Of a stretch of 64,000 nucleotides of DNA, positions 1 through 9,751 are shown piece after piece; position 1 is the first letter of the stretch, and each line of letters opens with the position of its first letter. The stretch is taken from contig OZ246408.1 in NCBI GenBank assembly GCA_965231015.1, forward strand, positions 545,237 through 609,236, in the 5' to 3' direction. A program made the position numbers and the translations under genes. Under the pieces are notes generated by a model. It did not search any database. It was not told the origin of the DNA and saw only the letters and a program-made list of their open reading frames with translations. The DNA comes from an uncultured Gammaproteobacteria bacterium (GTDB lineage: Bacteria; Patescibacteriota; Patescibacteriia; UBA9934; CAZDDW01).

Positions 1-930
1 TCAAGGATAGATTGAACAGTTCGGTAGTTTTTGGTAAGTACGATTTTTTCTGTGTCAGGATAATCCTGCTCAAACTGCAAAATGTTAGAAAGCGATGCAC
101 CACGAAATTTATAAATTGATTGATCATCGTCACCTACCACGGTCAGATTATTGTCTGGTCCAGTTAAAAGTTTCACCAGCTCGTACTGCGCCCAGTTGGT
201 GTCCTGGAATTCATCCACCAGAACGTATTTGAACTTCTTTTGCAGTTCGGCCAAGACCTTTGGTCTTTTTTGTAAAAGCTCGAGCGTATAGCCTATAAGA
301 TCCCCGAAATCGAGTGAGTCGTTTTCAAGTAGTATTTGTTGGTAGGTATGATAAGTATTGGCAAGCTCGGTTAAACGTTCGACTTCTGCCGTGGCGTCGT
401 CAGATGAATTCGTTGCATCAAGGTTGGCCCGTTCTTGTTCAGCAAACTTTAAATAGTCTTCCGGGGTGATAACTTCGTCCTTAGCTCGCGAAAAGTGTGT
501 AAGTAAGGCTTTTAAGAATTTGGTCGGGTTTCCTTTGGGTCGGTAGTATTCCAGCTCAAACCGATCAAAGTTTTGACGCATTAAAAGCCAGGTATCAACC
601 TCGTTCAAAACGCGCATGTTTCGCCCCAGTCCGATTTCGATTCCGTAATCCGAGAGAATTCGTTCGCAGAAACTATGAAAGGTCGAGATCCATAAATCGA
701 CGTACCCCATCGGCAACAAAATATCGACCCGCTCTTCCATTTCAGCCGCAGCTTTTTCAGTAAAGGTAAGAGCCAAGATTTCATCCGGTGCGGCCAGCTT
801 TTGTTCAATGAGCCAGGCGATTCGCTGCGTAATGGCCATAGTCTTCCCTGTTCCGGCTCCGGCGATAATCATTAAAGGCCCATCACGATGCGTGACGGCC
901 TTAAGCTGTTCTTCATTCAGTTTTTCCATC
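1..930 (-). CDS. UvrD/PcrA-family ATP-dependent DNA helicase, N-terminal part (gene continues beyond window start)
   Basis: Reverse-strand translation from ATG at 928-930 gives MEKLNEEQLKAVTHRDGPLMIIAGAGTGKT... (Walker A GAGTGKT) and VLVDEFQDTN (motif II). The six-frame track omitted it because the ORF has no stop inside the window. Confidence 0.85.
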
Positions 931-1063
931 AAATTTTCTTGCATATATTTAAGTGGTTCCTCCCCTTTTGGGGAAGAAGTCGAGTATCCCCTTCCTATAA
1001 GGAGGGGTTAAGGGCGGTACCGTCAGATAGGATCGCGACCCTATTTTAGCCTATTTCTCCCTA

Positions 1064-1093
1064 TTTCGCAAAAGGCTGCAAGTGCGGTATAAT
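1064..1093 (+). promoter_or_regulatory. candidate sigma70 promoter (-10 TATAAT at 1088-1093, weak -35 TTTCGC) for the methyltransferase gene
   Basis: TATAAT hexamer 10 nt upstream of ATG at 1104; -35 is poor (3/6). Confidence 0.3.
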
Positions 1094-1103
1094 AAGGCTA
1101 ATT

Positions 1104-1949
1104 ATGTCCAAATTAAACACCATTGACGCTCGGTATAAATCCCGGGAAGGAGATAAATTAGCCAAGGAAGAATTGCTTCCTGTGGTCAAACAGTACTTAA
1201 AGGCCAAGAACCCGAAGATTTTAGAAGTTGGGTGTGGTTATGGTCGGAATTTGTATGCGCTTTCGCATGTTGAAGGCTCGAGCGTGGTTGGGTGTGATAT
1301 TGCAAGTGTTGAGCTTGAAAAAGCAAACGAGAAAATGAAAGAGTATGGGGTTCAGAACGTGAAAACGGTTTTGCAGACGGACGAAGAAGAGTTGCCGTTT
1401 GGTGATAACGAGTTTGACTGTGTAGTGCTTTGGCAGGTTCTAGAGCATGTGCTTATGAAACGCGAGAAGCAGAGCTTGCTCAATGAAGTGTCTCGAATTA
1501 CAAAGGATGGCGGTCTCGTTTTTATCGAAACTCCAAACCAACTCTTCCCTATCGACTACCATGACAACAACTTGCCGCTTGTGCATTGGCTCTTGCCTAA
1601 TGCGTTGCGTCGAGCCCTGACTCGAGCTGTACGCGGCCGTGACTACCCGCCTTCGCAGTACACCAGCATCTTCGAACTCAAACGCATGTTGAAACGCGCT
1701 TCCGGAACCAAGAAGCTCGAGCAACTAACCCGAGTCTATTTTGAGGATCGATACTCTGACGTCTTCCGCCACCTCAGCGGTACCCGACTCGGCTCGAAAA
1801 AACTCATTTTTATTCTCTATTACCCACTTTATTTACTTCTACGACTCTTTCGAATTTCTGGTGACGCGTTTACACCATCACTGAGAGTCGTGTTTAAGAT
1901 CAAGAAAGCAACGAAGCAAAGAATCAACGAATCAAGTGTAGAGTCATAA
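1104..1949 (+). CDS. class I SAM-dependent methyltransferase
   Basis: Motif I LEVGCGYGRNL, post-I VVGCDIA, motif II FDCVVLWQVLEHV; 281 aa. Confidence 0.75.
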   Translation: MSKLNTIDARYKSREGDKLAKEELLPVVKQYLKAKNPKILEVGCGYGRNLYALSHVEGSSVVGCDIASVELEKANEKMKEYGVQNVKTVLQTDEEELPFGDNEFDCVVLWQVLEHVLMKREKQSLLNEVSRITKDGGLVFIETPNQLFPIDYHDNNLPLVHWLLPNALRRALTRAVRGRDYPPSQYTSIFELKRMLKRASGTKKLEQLTRVYFEDRYSDVFRHLSGTRLGSKKLIFILYYPLYLLLRLFRISGDAFTPSLRVVFKIKKATKQRINESSVES

Positions 1950-1978
1950 ATGAATATCAAGAAAAATTAAAGAGTAAA

Positions 1979-2122
1979 ATGGATGATTTTGCTGTTCATG
2001 TCTATCAAATGACATCTGATTTTCCGAAACACGAGCTTTATGGTCTTACATCACAAATACGTCGTGCCGCGGTCTCAATTGTGCTTAATTATATCGAAGG
2101 GTATGCACGACGGTTGACATAA
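1979..2122 (+). pseudogene. truncated four-helix-bundle protein (TIGR02436, 23S rRNA intervening-sequence type) fragment, 47 aa
   Basis: MDDFAVHVYQMTSDFPKHELYGLTSQIRRAAVSIVLNYIEGYARR matches the conserved N-terminal half (E-YGLTSQIRRAAVSI-NIAEGY-R) of this family. Full-length members are ~115-120 aa; no continuation found in other frames. Confidence 0.6.
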
Positions 2123-2475
2123 ACCCAAAAACCAGACCGAAGTCCAGTTTCTGGGTAGAGCCGAAGTGTTTCAGTGCAACTACTCTTCAAAGTCTTCTCC
2201 CTTCAGGAAGGCTGTGTTCCAAGCGGAGTCATAACGTTCCAAGTTACATCAGCTTTCGGGCAGGCCCGTCAGCATCAGCCTTGTACAACGCTTTATTCCT
2301 TCCAAAAGATCGGATTCACAGTATTTCTACTGGTCCTACTCTCGTGAGCTTTGTCGCACTGAAGTGCGATCCCCGGCTCACTTTCAAGATTACCAGAAAT
2401 GTACCCCAGGTCAAGAGCTTTACCCCAAGCTTATTTTTGTTTTCATACACAATTTTATCCCCTATTTAGTGGATA

Positions 2476-2503
2476 AAAAAACCTGTCGTAGTTGACCGAC
2501 AAG
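2476..2503 (-). terminator. Rho-independent terminator downstream of the 2509..2754 gene
   Basis: Minus-strand hairpin cttgtcg-gtcaactac-gacagg followed by TTTTTTT. Confidence 0.55.
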
Positions 2504-2508
2504 TTTCT

Positions 2509-2754
2509 CTATAGGAGAGGGGGTGGACTATTGTTGTGGTCTCTTAGTGAAGCACTCACCACCAGCGAGACCGCTCCGATTGATGTAATAATGAATCCGA
2601 TTATCACCACAGCGTCGGTGCCGAATCTGATATGGTTATGATCACGTAAGAGTAGGTAGGACCCAAGGGTCAGGGCTCCGAGAATCGAACAGATTAGACC
2701 CACAGTGCTGAAATGCTCATGGACAGGTTTCTTGAGGTGCCTCATTCCATGCAC
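2509..2754 (-). CDS. small membrane protein (two predicted TM helices), unknown function
   Basis: 81-aa ORF, hydrophobic segments, GC elevated (~55%) relative to surroundings; 13-nt overlap with upstream gene. Confidence 0.4.
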   Translation of the reverse strand: MHGMRHLKKPVHEHFSTVGLICSILGALTLGSYLLLRDHNHIRFGTDAVVIIGFIITSIGAVSLVVSASLRDHNNSPPPLL

Positions 2755-3227
2755 TCCGCTTCGCGGGCTGGGTCACAGCTCCACTTGCACCCGTCTTCTA
2801 GCAGAATATCAGCAAACATGAGATCGAACAGGTTCGGGCTCAAGCCCAATCGAATCGAGGAGACGTCACCGTATGGGAAGCACTCATAGGCAAACAGTGG
2901 CTTGTACTGATGTCCGTCTGGAAGGTCGACCCAACCGTCAGGGGCGTCGTGGACTGCTCGGTACACGAGCGTGCTCTGGAAGCACCGGTCCCAACCTATG
3001 ATGACGTTGTCCCCAACCTTCTCTGTCGGCGCACAGACCGTGTTGGTGATCTTCCAGGACCCGACCGAGGAGGTGGTCGAGTTCATGTCGGTTCCCCGCT
3101 GGTCGATCATCCTGGCTTCCCTGATCACCGTGAAGATGACGAGAATCAACAGCAGAAGTCCGATCGGGATAACGGCCTTTTTGCTAATCCACTTTTCAAG
3201 CCAAAGCTTGATTCCTTGAATGAACAT
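2742..3227 (-). CDS. membrane-anchored hypothetical protein (N-terminal TM helix, Cys-containing ectodomain)
   Basis: 161-aa ORF; N-terminal hydrophobic helix IPIGLLLLILVIFTVI; GC higher than flanks. Confidence 0.5.
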   Translation of the reverse strand: MFIQGIKLWLEKWISKKAVIPIGLLLLILVIFTVIREARMIDQRGTDMNSTTSSVGSWKITNTVCAPTEKVGDNVIIGWDRCFQSTLVYRAVHDAPDGWVDLPDGHQYKPLFAYECFPYGDVSSIRLGLSPNLFDLMFADILLEDGCKWSCDPAREAECME

Positions 3228-3325
3228 GTCGTACCCCCTTCTCTCTTCTGAGAAATAAGGTTAGCAAATAAAGAGGGGTTGGTCAAGGAGGTTGACCCGG
3301 TTTTCTTTGGGTTGTTCTTATGGTA

Positions 3326-3396
3326 CCCCACCCAGCCTCCCCTTAAAGGGGAGGCTGGGTGGGGTAAATCTAAAGGGCGGACACATAGGTCCGCCC
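3326..3396 (-). terminator. tandem terminator hairpins downstream of the V-ATPase operon (17-bp perfect stem 3326-3364; second hairpin 3375-3396)
   Basis: ccccacccagcctcccc-ttaaa-ggggaggctgggtgggg perfect inverted repeat; gggcggac-ctatgt-gtccgccc; both lie just 3' of ntpD on the minus strand. Confidence 0.6.
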
Positions 3397-3454
3397 CTAC
3401 AATCTGATCTAATGGATTGGCACAATTAATCGAGCGGATTACCGCAAGTAATCC

Positions 3455-4096
3455 CTACACCTCGGCTTTTTCCGCTTCTTCAATAATATCTTTAACCTTC
3501 ATCAAGGTAATCAGTGTGTCTCGTTCCTGTTCGGCCAACTTGTTCTGAATATACTTAATTGTTTCAGTCATTCGTGGAATGTAAACGTATTCCAGGGCAT
3601 TAACTCGACGGCGAGTTTTTTCAATCTCTTCAGCTAAAAGCTTGGCAGAGTGTTCAACCTCGGCCAAGCGCACCATGTCCTTGAGGGTAGTTGAAAAACT
3701 TTCCAGCGCCACGTCCAGTTCCGAACTAGTCAAACTGAATCCGTAACTTAGAAAGTCCCCTTCTTCCTGATACTCAAATTGTGGCACTTCCACACTCATT
3801 ACGTTCTTGATGTCAGCTTTGAGTGTAGTCCTCATACTAGGGAGCAAAAACGCGCTTTTAAGAAGCTCCGGTGGAGTCTTGGCTCCAGCAAAGAGAAAGG
3901 CCTGGAAGCCGGTCTCAAGCTGCTTTTCAACGCTCTCACGCAAGTCTTTGGCCTCTCGAATGATGGCCATGAACTGCTTCATGAGTCCGTCGCGTTTATC
4001 TTTAAGCAACTTATAACCACGCTTATTGGTTTTAAGCTTTGTCTTGAGCTTTAGGAGCTCCTGTCGAGTTGGATTTACGCCCAGTGCATTTGCCAT
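3455..4096 (-). CDS. ntpD: V/A-type ATP synthase subunit D
   Basis: MANALGVNPTRQELLKLKTKLKTNKRGYKLLKDKRDGL... typical subunit D N-terminus; last gene of the operon. Confidence 0.9.
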   Translation of the reverse strand: MANALGVNPTRQELLKLKTKLKTNKRGYKLLKDKRDGLMKQFMAIIREAKDLRESVEKQLETGFQAFLFAGAKTPPELLKSAFLLPSMRTTLKADIKNVMSVEVPQFEYQEEGDFLSYGFSLTSSELDVALESFSTTLKDMVRLAEVEHSAKLLAEEIEKTRRRVNALEYVYIPRMTETIKYIQNKLAEQERDTLITLMKVKDIIEEAEKAEV

Positions 4097-4183
4097 AAGT
4101 TATTGCTTGTGGCACGTGGCTCGTGGCACGTCGTTCTGATCGACGTGCGACGTGCAATTTGCGACGTGCAGTTTAAAGATATT

Positions 4184-5572
4184 TTATTTTTCTGCTTTCG
4201 GAAGATATTTATCAATGTGGTTTTCCTTAACGCGCTTTAACTCTCGGATTGGGAGGATGCTCATCAATTTCCAACCAATGGTTAAAGTGTCTTCAATGGT
4301 TCGGTCTTCGTTCTTTCCCTGAGTGATAAACTCAGCTTCAAACGCTTCAGCGAACTTGATATAAGCACGTTCGGCGTCAGACAAAGCTGACTCACCAAGG
4401 ATCACAGCCAACTCTCGAGCTTCTTTTCCGGTAGCGTACGCCGCAAACAGCTGGTTAGCTACTCCGGAGTGATCCTCACGGGTCTTCCCTTCCCCAATAC
4501 CCTTTGACATCAGTCGTGAGAGTGAGGTGAGTGGGTCAATGCAAGGGTAAATTCCCTTTCGATAAAGTTCTCGTGATACCACAACCTGTCCCTCAGTAAT
4601 ATAACCGGTAAGGTCGGGAATTGGGTGAGTTTTATCGTCTTCAGGCATGGTCAGAATTGGAATCTGAGTCACAGAACCATATCGCCCCTTAATTTTTCCG
4701 GCTCGTTCGTAAATGGTGGAAAGGTCTGTGTACATGTAACCAGGATATCCGCGTCGTCCAGGAATCTCTTTTCGCGCTGCTCCAACCTCACGCAAAGCCT
4801 CACAATAGTTGGTAAGGTCAGTGAGGATTACAAGCACGTGCTTACCTTTTTCGTAAGCCAGGTACTCAGCAGTAGTTAGGGCCATTCGTGGCAAAGTGAT
4901 TCGTTCAACTACCGGATCATCAGCCAGGTTGATAAAGAGCACTGATCGCTCAATAGCTCCGGTCTTCTTAAACTCGTTGATAAAGAATTCTGATTCCTCA
5001 AAGGTGATTCCCATCGCTCCAAACACAACAGCAAACTCTTCATCGTCTCCACCTTCTCCAACTACTTTCGCCTGACGCGCAATCTGCGCAGCGATTTCGT
5101 TGTGCGGAAGCCCGGCCCCAGAGAAGATCGGAAGCTTTTGTCCTCGCACCAAGGTATTCAATCCGTCAATGGTTGAAATACCGGTCTGATAAAAGTCTTC
5201 AGGCATTTCTCGTGAGAACGGATTAATTGGAGCACCGTTGATGTCTAGGTGTTTTTCCGGAATAACTTCCGGCATACCATCGCGTGGCTCAGCCATTCCA
5301 CTCATGACACGTCCCAGCAAATCGGTTGAAACACCAACCTGAAGGGTTTTACCAAGAAAGGTCGCACTAGACTTGTCAACGTCAATTCCGGTGGTTCCTT
5401 CAAACATCTGCACCACAGCGTGCTTGTCAGTAATCTCAAGCACTCGTCCTTTGCGGCGCTCACCATCAGCCAATTCCACCTCAACCATTTCCTCGTACAT
5501 CACATCTTTAATTTTGTCGACGATTACGAGCGGCCCTTGGACTTCTTTGATTGTCTTGTATCGTTTTTCCAT
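4184..5572 (-). CDS. ntpB: V/A-type ATP synthase subunit B (regulatory)
   Basis: 462 aa; strong family resemblance (…[12 protein letters not shown]…, [22 protein letters not shown]). Confidence 0.95.
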   Translation of the reverse strand: MEKRYKTIKEVQGPLVIVDKIKDVMYEEMVEVELADGERRKGRVLEITDKHAVVQMFEGTTGIDVDKSSATFLGKTLQVGVSTDLLGRVMSGMAEPRDGMPEVIPEKHLDINGAPINPFSREMPEDFYQTGISTIDGLNTLVRGQKLPIFSGAGLPHNEIAAQIARQAKVVGEGGDDEEFAVVFGAMGITFEESEFFINEFKKTGAIERSVLFINLADDPVVERITLPRMALTTAEYLAYEKGKHVLVILTDLTNYCEALREVGAARKEIPGRRGYPGYMYTDLSTIYERAGKIKGRYGSVTQIPILTMPEDDKTHPIPDLTGYITEGQVVVSRELYRKGIYPCIDPLTSLSRLMSKGIGEGKTREDHSGVANQLFAAYATGKEARELAVILGESALSDAERAYIKFAEAFEAEFITQGKNEDRTIEDTLTIGWKLMSILPIRELKRVKENHIDKYLPKAEK

Positions 5573-5577
5573 ATGTC

Positions 5578-7332
5578 CTAGGATTTTGCGGTTAAGTTAG
5601 AAAGAGCGCCTTTGGCATCCTTAGCAAGTTTATCCAGATTATCTTCATTGGTTTCCATCTTAGCCTTTGAGATGGCTTCTTTAATGTCGAGTCCGGTCAT
5701 ATCCTTTACTTTGACATCCTTTTCAACTGCCTCAAGGGCCGCTTCATGGAAGCTTAAGATGGCTTTCATCATCAGATACATTCGTTTTGGTGGGGTGTAT
5801 CCGTCAACTTCGTCAAAAGCAAACTGTTGTAAGAAGTCTTCTCGGATTGACTTTGCGGTTTCCAGCACCACCTGCTCTTTTTGTGAAAGCGCGTCAAGCC
5901 CAACCAGTTTCACAATTTCTTGCAAACTGGCTTCTTCCTGCAAAATTCCCATAGCCAGCTTTCGCATTTCGGGCCAGTCGTTACCCATATTTTCCCGGGT
6001 CCAGTCTTCAATGTTGTCTAGGTAAAGTGAGTAAGAGCTCAACCAATGAATCGCTGGGAAGTGTCGTCGATTAGCGAGCCCGGCATCCAGTCCCCAGAAA
6101 ACCTTAGTCACACGCAGGGTGTTCTGGGTCACAGGCTCGGACAGGTCTCCACCCGGAGGGCTAACCGCACCGATAACTGTCAAAGTTCCCTTTCGGTCAT
6201 CTTCTCCCAGACAGTCAATTGCACCAGCTCGTTCGTAGAAAGCGGCAGTTCGTGAACCAAGGTACGCCGGGTAGCCTTCTTCACCAGGCATTTCCTGAAG
6301 TCTTCCCGAAATTTCTCGAAGCGCCTCAGCCCAACGTGAAGTTGAGTCAGCCATCAGCGCAACGTTGTAGCCCATGTCTCGGAAGTACTCAGCCAGAGTG
6401 ATTCCGGTGTAGATTGAGGCTTCTCGTGCCGCCACAGGCATGTTTGAGGTGTTAGCAATCAAAGTTGTTCGTTCCATGAGTGGTTTACCGGTGTTCGGGT
6501 CTTCAAGTTCCGGGAACTCAACCAGTACGTCAGTCATCTCATTTCCACGCTCACCACAACCAATGTAAACAATCACGTCAGCGTCAGCAAATTTAGCCAG
6601 CTGCTGCTGAGTAACGGTCTTCCCTGCTCCAAACGGTCCGGGAATACACGCAGCCCCACCCTTTACTACTGGGAAGAACGCATCAATGATTCGTGTTCCG
6701 GTAATAAGTGGAGTTTTTGGCATCAGTTTTGCTTTGTACGGCCGCGGTTTTCTAATTGGCCAGTACTGAAGCATCTGAATTTCTGTGCCGTCTACTGTGG
6801 CAATAGTTTCAGTAATGTTGAACTGCCCGCTCTTAATTCCTGAGATCTTTCCATTGACTCCGGGCGGAACCATGATTTTATGTTCAATGAGCTCTGTTTC
6901 TTGGACAGTACCAATTACGTCTCCTTCGGCAACCGGTTCACCATCACTGACAGTGGCAACAAAGTCCCACTTTTTTTCCCGGTCAAGTCCGGGAACATCA
7001 ATTCCTTTAGTGATGAATGGTGATTGAGCTTCTTTTTCAATCAGCTCCAACGGTCGTTGCACACCGTCGTAAATTGATTTTAAGATTCCAGGACCAAGCT
7101 CGGCTACGAGTGGTTGACCGGTCATGTAAACCGGGTCCCCCGGCTTAAGACCTGCCGTGTCCTCGTAAACCTGAATAGAAGCCTCGTCGCTCTCCAACTT
7201 GATGATTTCACCCACGAGTTTTTTCTCGCCGATTTTCACCACGTCATACATTCGGGCGTTATTCATTTCTTTGGCTACCACAAGTGGTCCCGAGACCTTG
7301 ATGATCAATCCAGATTTCTCTTGATCAGTCAT
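5578..7332 (-). CDS. ntpA: V/A-type ATP synthase subunit A (catalytic)
   Basis: Walker [10 protein letters not shown]; ~585 aa; start placed at MTDQEKSG (ATG 7330-7332) just after the subunit-F stop rather than the longer track ORF. Confidence 0.95.
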   Translation of the reverse strand: MTDQEKSGLIIKVSGPLVVAKEMNNARMYDVVKIGEKKLVGEIIKLESDEASIQVYEDTAGLKPGDPVYMTGQPLVAELGPGILKSIYDGVQRPLELIEKEAQSPFITKGIDVPGLDREKKWDFVATVSDGEPVAEGDVIGTVQETELIEHKIMVPPGVNGKISGIKSGQFNITETIATVDGTEIQMLQYWPIRKPRPYKAKLMPKTPLITGTRIIDAFFPVVKGGAACIPGPFGAGKTVTQQQLAKFADADVIVYIGCGERGNEMTDVLVEFPELEDPNTGKPLMERTTLIANTSNMPVAAREASIYTGITLAEYFRDMGYNVALMADSTSRWAEALREISGRLQEMPGEEGYPAYLGSRTAAFYERAGAIDCLGEDDRKGTLTVIGAVSPPGGDLSEPVTQNTLRVTKVFWGLDAGLANRRHFPAIHWLSSYSLYLDNIEDWTRENMGNDWPEMRKLAMGILQEEASLQEIVKLVGLDALSQKEQVVLETAKSIREDFLQQFAFDEVDGYTPPKRMYLMMKAILSFHEAALEAVEKDVKVKDMTGLDIKEAISKAKMETNEDNLDKLAKDAKGALSNLTAKS

Positions 7333-7336
7333 AAGT

Positions 7337-7666
7337 TTAGTTATTAAATAAGATATCACTGCCAACAGCCTGTTCAACAATCTTTTTAAGATTGCTCAAG
7401 CCTTCCTTGGTTGCACCTTGCGGTGAAGGAACAGTTACAATTGCCGGCAAGGCCTCGCGTTCAAAGGCAGTGTCGAGTTCACTCCGAACCCGCCCGGCCC
7501 AGTCTTCGGTAATGAAGATTGCGCCAAACTGATCCGCCTTGATTTTGGCAATAATGTCTTGAATCTCATCAGTTTCTTTGATCGGAAAACACTTCACACC
7601 CAGGGCAATAAAGCCCATGATTGCTTCTTCGGTTCCTATCATGCCGATTTTGAATTCGTCAGACAT
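7337..7666 (-). CDS. V/A-type ATP synthase subunit F (E. hirae NtpG position)
   Basis: 109 aa; [24 protein letters not shown]… pattern of subunit F; sits between C and A as in ntpFIKECGABD. Confidence 0.8.
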   Translation of the reverse strand: MSDEFKIGMIGTEEAIMGFIALGVKCFPIKETDEIQDIIAKIKADQFGAIFITEDWAGRVRSELDTAFEREALPAIVTVPSPQGATKEGLSNLKKIVEQAVGSDILFNN

Positions 7667-7667
7667 A

Positions 7668-8666
7668 TTAGTAACTGTTAACTAAGTGTTTGCGTATAGT
7701 GCTTGGCTCAATTTCGCCAAACTTCAAAGCCATGATAGTGGAAAGGTTTTTAATGGCATATTTTTTTCCAAAAAAGTACGCCACCACCACTTCTGGACCA
7801 TAGCCAATTAGTTTAGCGCTTTTGAGATGATCTATAATCGCATTATTAATGCCCTGCTCCAGGTGCCAAATCTGCTTATCTTTTAAGTATTCATCCACGG
7901 CTTCATTTATTATGTTTGGAAAATAATCACGAAGTCGGGTTATGAATTCCGCATCGTCAGCGGCTTCATAGTTTTCTAAGAAGCGGCTGGCCGGGATATG
8001 GCCGAAGTCGTTTAAACGTTCAGCTACCCAGGTTTTTCCTTTTTGAAGTCGTCGAGCTCGCAAGAAAATGCTCAGGTTATTTTTATCAGCGAGCATTTTG
8101 TATAGTTCGATGATAAATTTGTTTCCGGTTTTTTCGGCCAGTCTTCGGTTGCGTCGATTCATGCGGACATCAACCAGGTTCTCGATGCGTTCCGGGTCTG
8201 CATCATCTCCGATTTGCTTCTTTAGTTCGTTGATATCGTTTTTGATTTTTGGGTCAAGGTCTGTATCCAGCTCATCAATGATGTAGCGTCGTAGTTTGTC
8301 TGTTGGGATTAACCCCGGACTGGTTTCTAAGTGCGAGGCAAAATCACTCCCGGATAATTTTTCCTTGAAAAGAATTTTGATATTGTAGTAGTCGCGTTCC
8401 AAAAAAAGGAGTCGCATCAACACTTCATCAGGAATTATCTTTTCAAAGACTTTTTTAAGCCGATTCATCTTCCGACTCATGGCCACACGGTAATCCTTGG
8501 CCTCCAAATCCAAAAGTTCCCCGGCATAGTCCAGGCTGTTAAAAGCCTTAAAGGCAATGTCAGGTGTTTTGGCGTCAATCACTCGCGTCATGTCAGCCTC
8601 GCTTAAAAGGTGTCGCTCCAGGACTCTGACTTTGGCGCTAGGATAGATGTAGGTATCGCGGGTCAT
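7668..8666 (-). CDS. ntpC: V/A-type ATP synthase subunit C (V0 d-type)
   Basis: 332 aa; size and operon position. Confidence 0.7.
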   Translation of the reverse strand: MTRDTYIYPSAKVRVLERHLLSEADMTRVIDAKTPDIAFKAFNSLDYAGELLDLEAKDYRVAMSRKMNRLKKVFEKIIPDEVLMRLLFLERDYYNIKILFKEKLSGSDFASHLETSPGLIPTDKLRRYIIDELDTDLDPKIKNDINELKKQIGDDADPERIENLVDVRMNRRNRRLAEKTGNKFIIELYKMLADKNNLSIFLRARRLQKGKTWVAERLNDFGHIPASRFLENYEAADDAEFITRLRDYFPNIINEAVDEYLKDKQIWHLEQGINNAIIDHLKSAKLIGYGPEVVVAYFFGKKYAIKNLSTIMALKFGEIEPSTIRKHLVNSY

Positions 8667-8675
8667 GGGACTTGG

Positions 8676-9248
8676 TTATTCTGATTCGTTAAACAGGATA
8701 TGATGGACATCAATCAGGGTCTCTTCTCGAAGATTTTCCAGAATTGACTCAAAGGTACTGTCTAGGTCAATCAGTTCACCGTGGAAAATGAATCCACCAA
8801 TGGTTTCAATTGGCTCTTGATTAACCTTGGCCTTAACACCGGCTTTTTTAGCCGCCGCTTCCAAAGACTTAATCTTGTCCGTGCCAGTAGAGAGGGTTCC
8901 CTCCTCCTCTTTTAGTGGAGCCAATAGTTTAGCCAACAGGCTTTCATAAGACTTGGTATCCATTTTGGTAAGATCGTTTTTTACAGTTTTGAATACCTGG
9001 TCAAGCTGGGCCTGTTTAGCTTTGAGGACTTCTGAATTAACCTTTTCGCTGATCTTAAATTTCGCTTGGGCAAGCTTGGCTTCGGCTCGCGTGGTCATTG
9101 ACTTAAGCAAACGCTCACGCTCTGAAGCAGTCAGATCGTCCCATTCTTTTCGAGCAGCGGATAGTTCTTCCTCGGATCGCTTAGCGATCGCCTCTACCTC
9201 AGCCTTAGCCTTGTCCCTAATCGATTTTTGAATGTCAGTTAGGGCCAT
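8676..9248 (-). CDS. ntpE: V/A-type ATP synthase subunit E
   Basis: 190 aa; charged coiled-coil N-terminus; operon position. Confidence 0.75.
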   Translation of the reverse strand: MALTDIQKSIRDKAKAEVEAIAKRSEEELSAARKEWDDLTASERERLLKSMTTRAEAKLAQAKFKISEKVNSEVLKAKQAQLDQVFKTVKNDLTKMDTKSYESLLAKLLAPLKEEEGTLSTGTDKIKSLEAAAKKAGVKAKVNQEPIETIGGFIFHGELIDLDSTFESILENLREETLIDVHHILFNESE

Positions 9249-9250
9249 AT

Positions 9251-9742
<492 letters not shown>

Positions 9743-9751
9743 TTAATTAAT

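Noticed and set aside
605-1011. 67-aa ORFs at 605..808 (-) and 808..1011 (+)
   Set aside because: Both lie inside the UvrD-like helicase reading frame region. The helicase frame, with Walker A/B motifs, explains the DNA.
2910-3331. Plus-strand ORFs 2910..3251, 2971..3219 and minus 3146..3331
   Set aside because: They overlap the better-supported 2742..3227 minus gene and the terminator hairpins, with no RBS or motif support.
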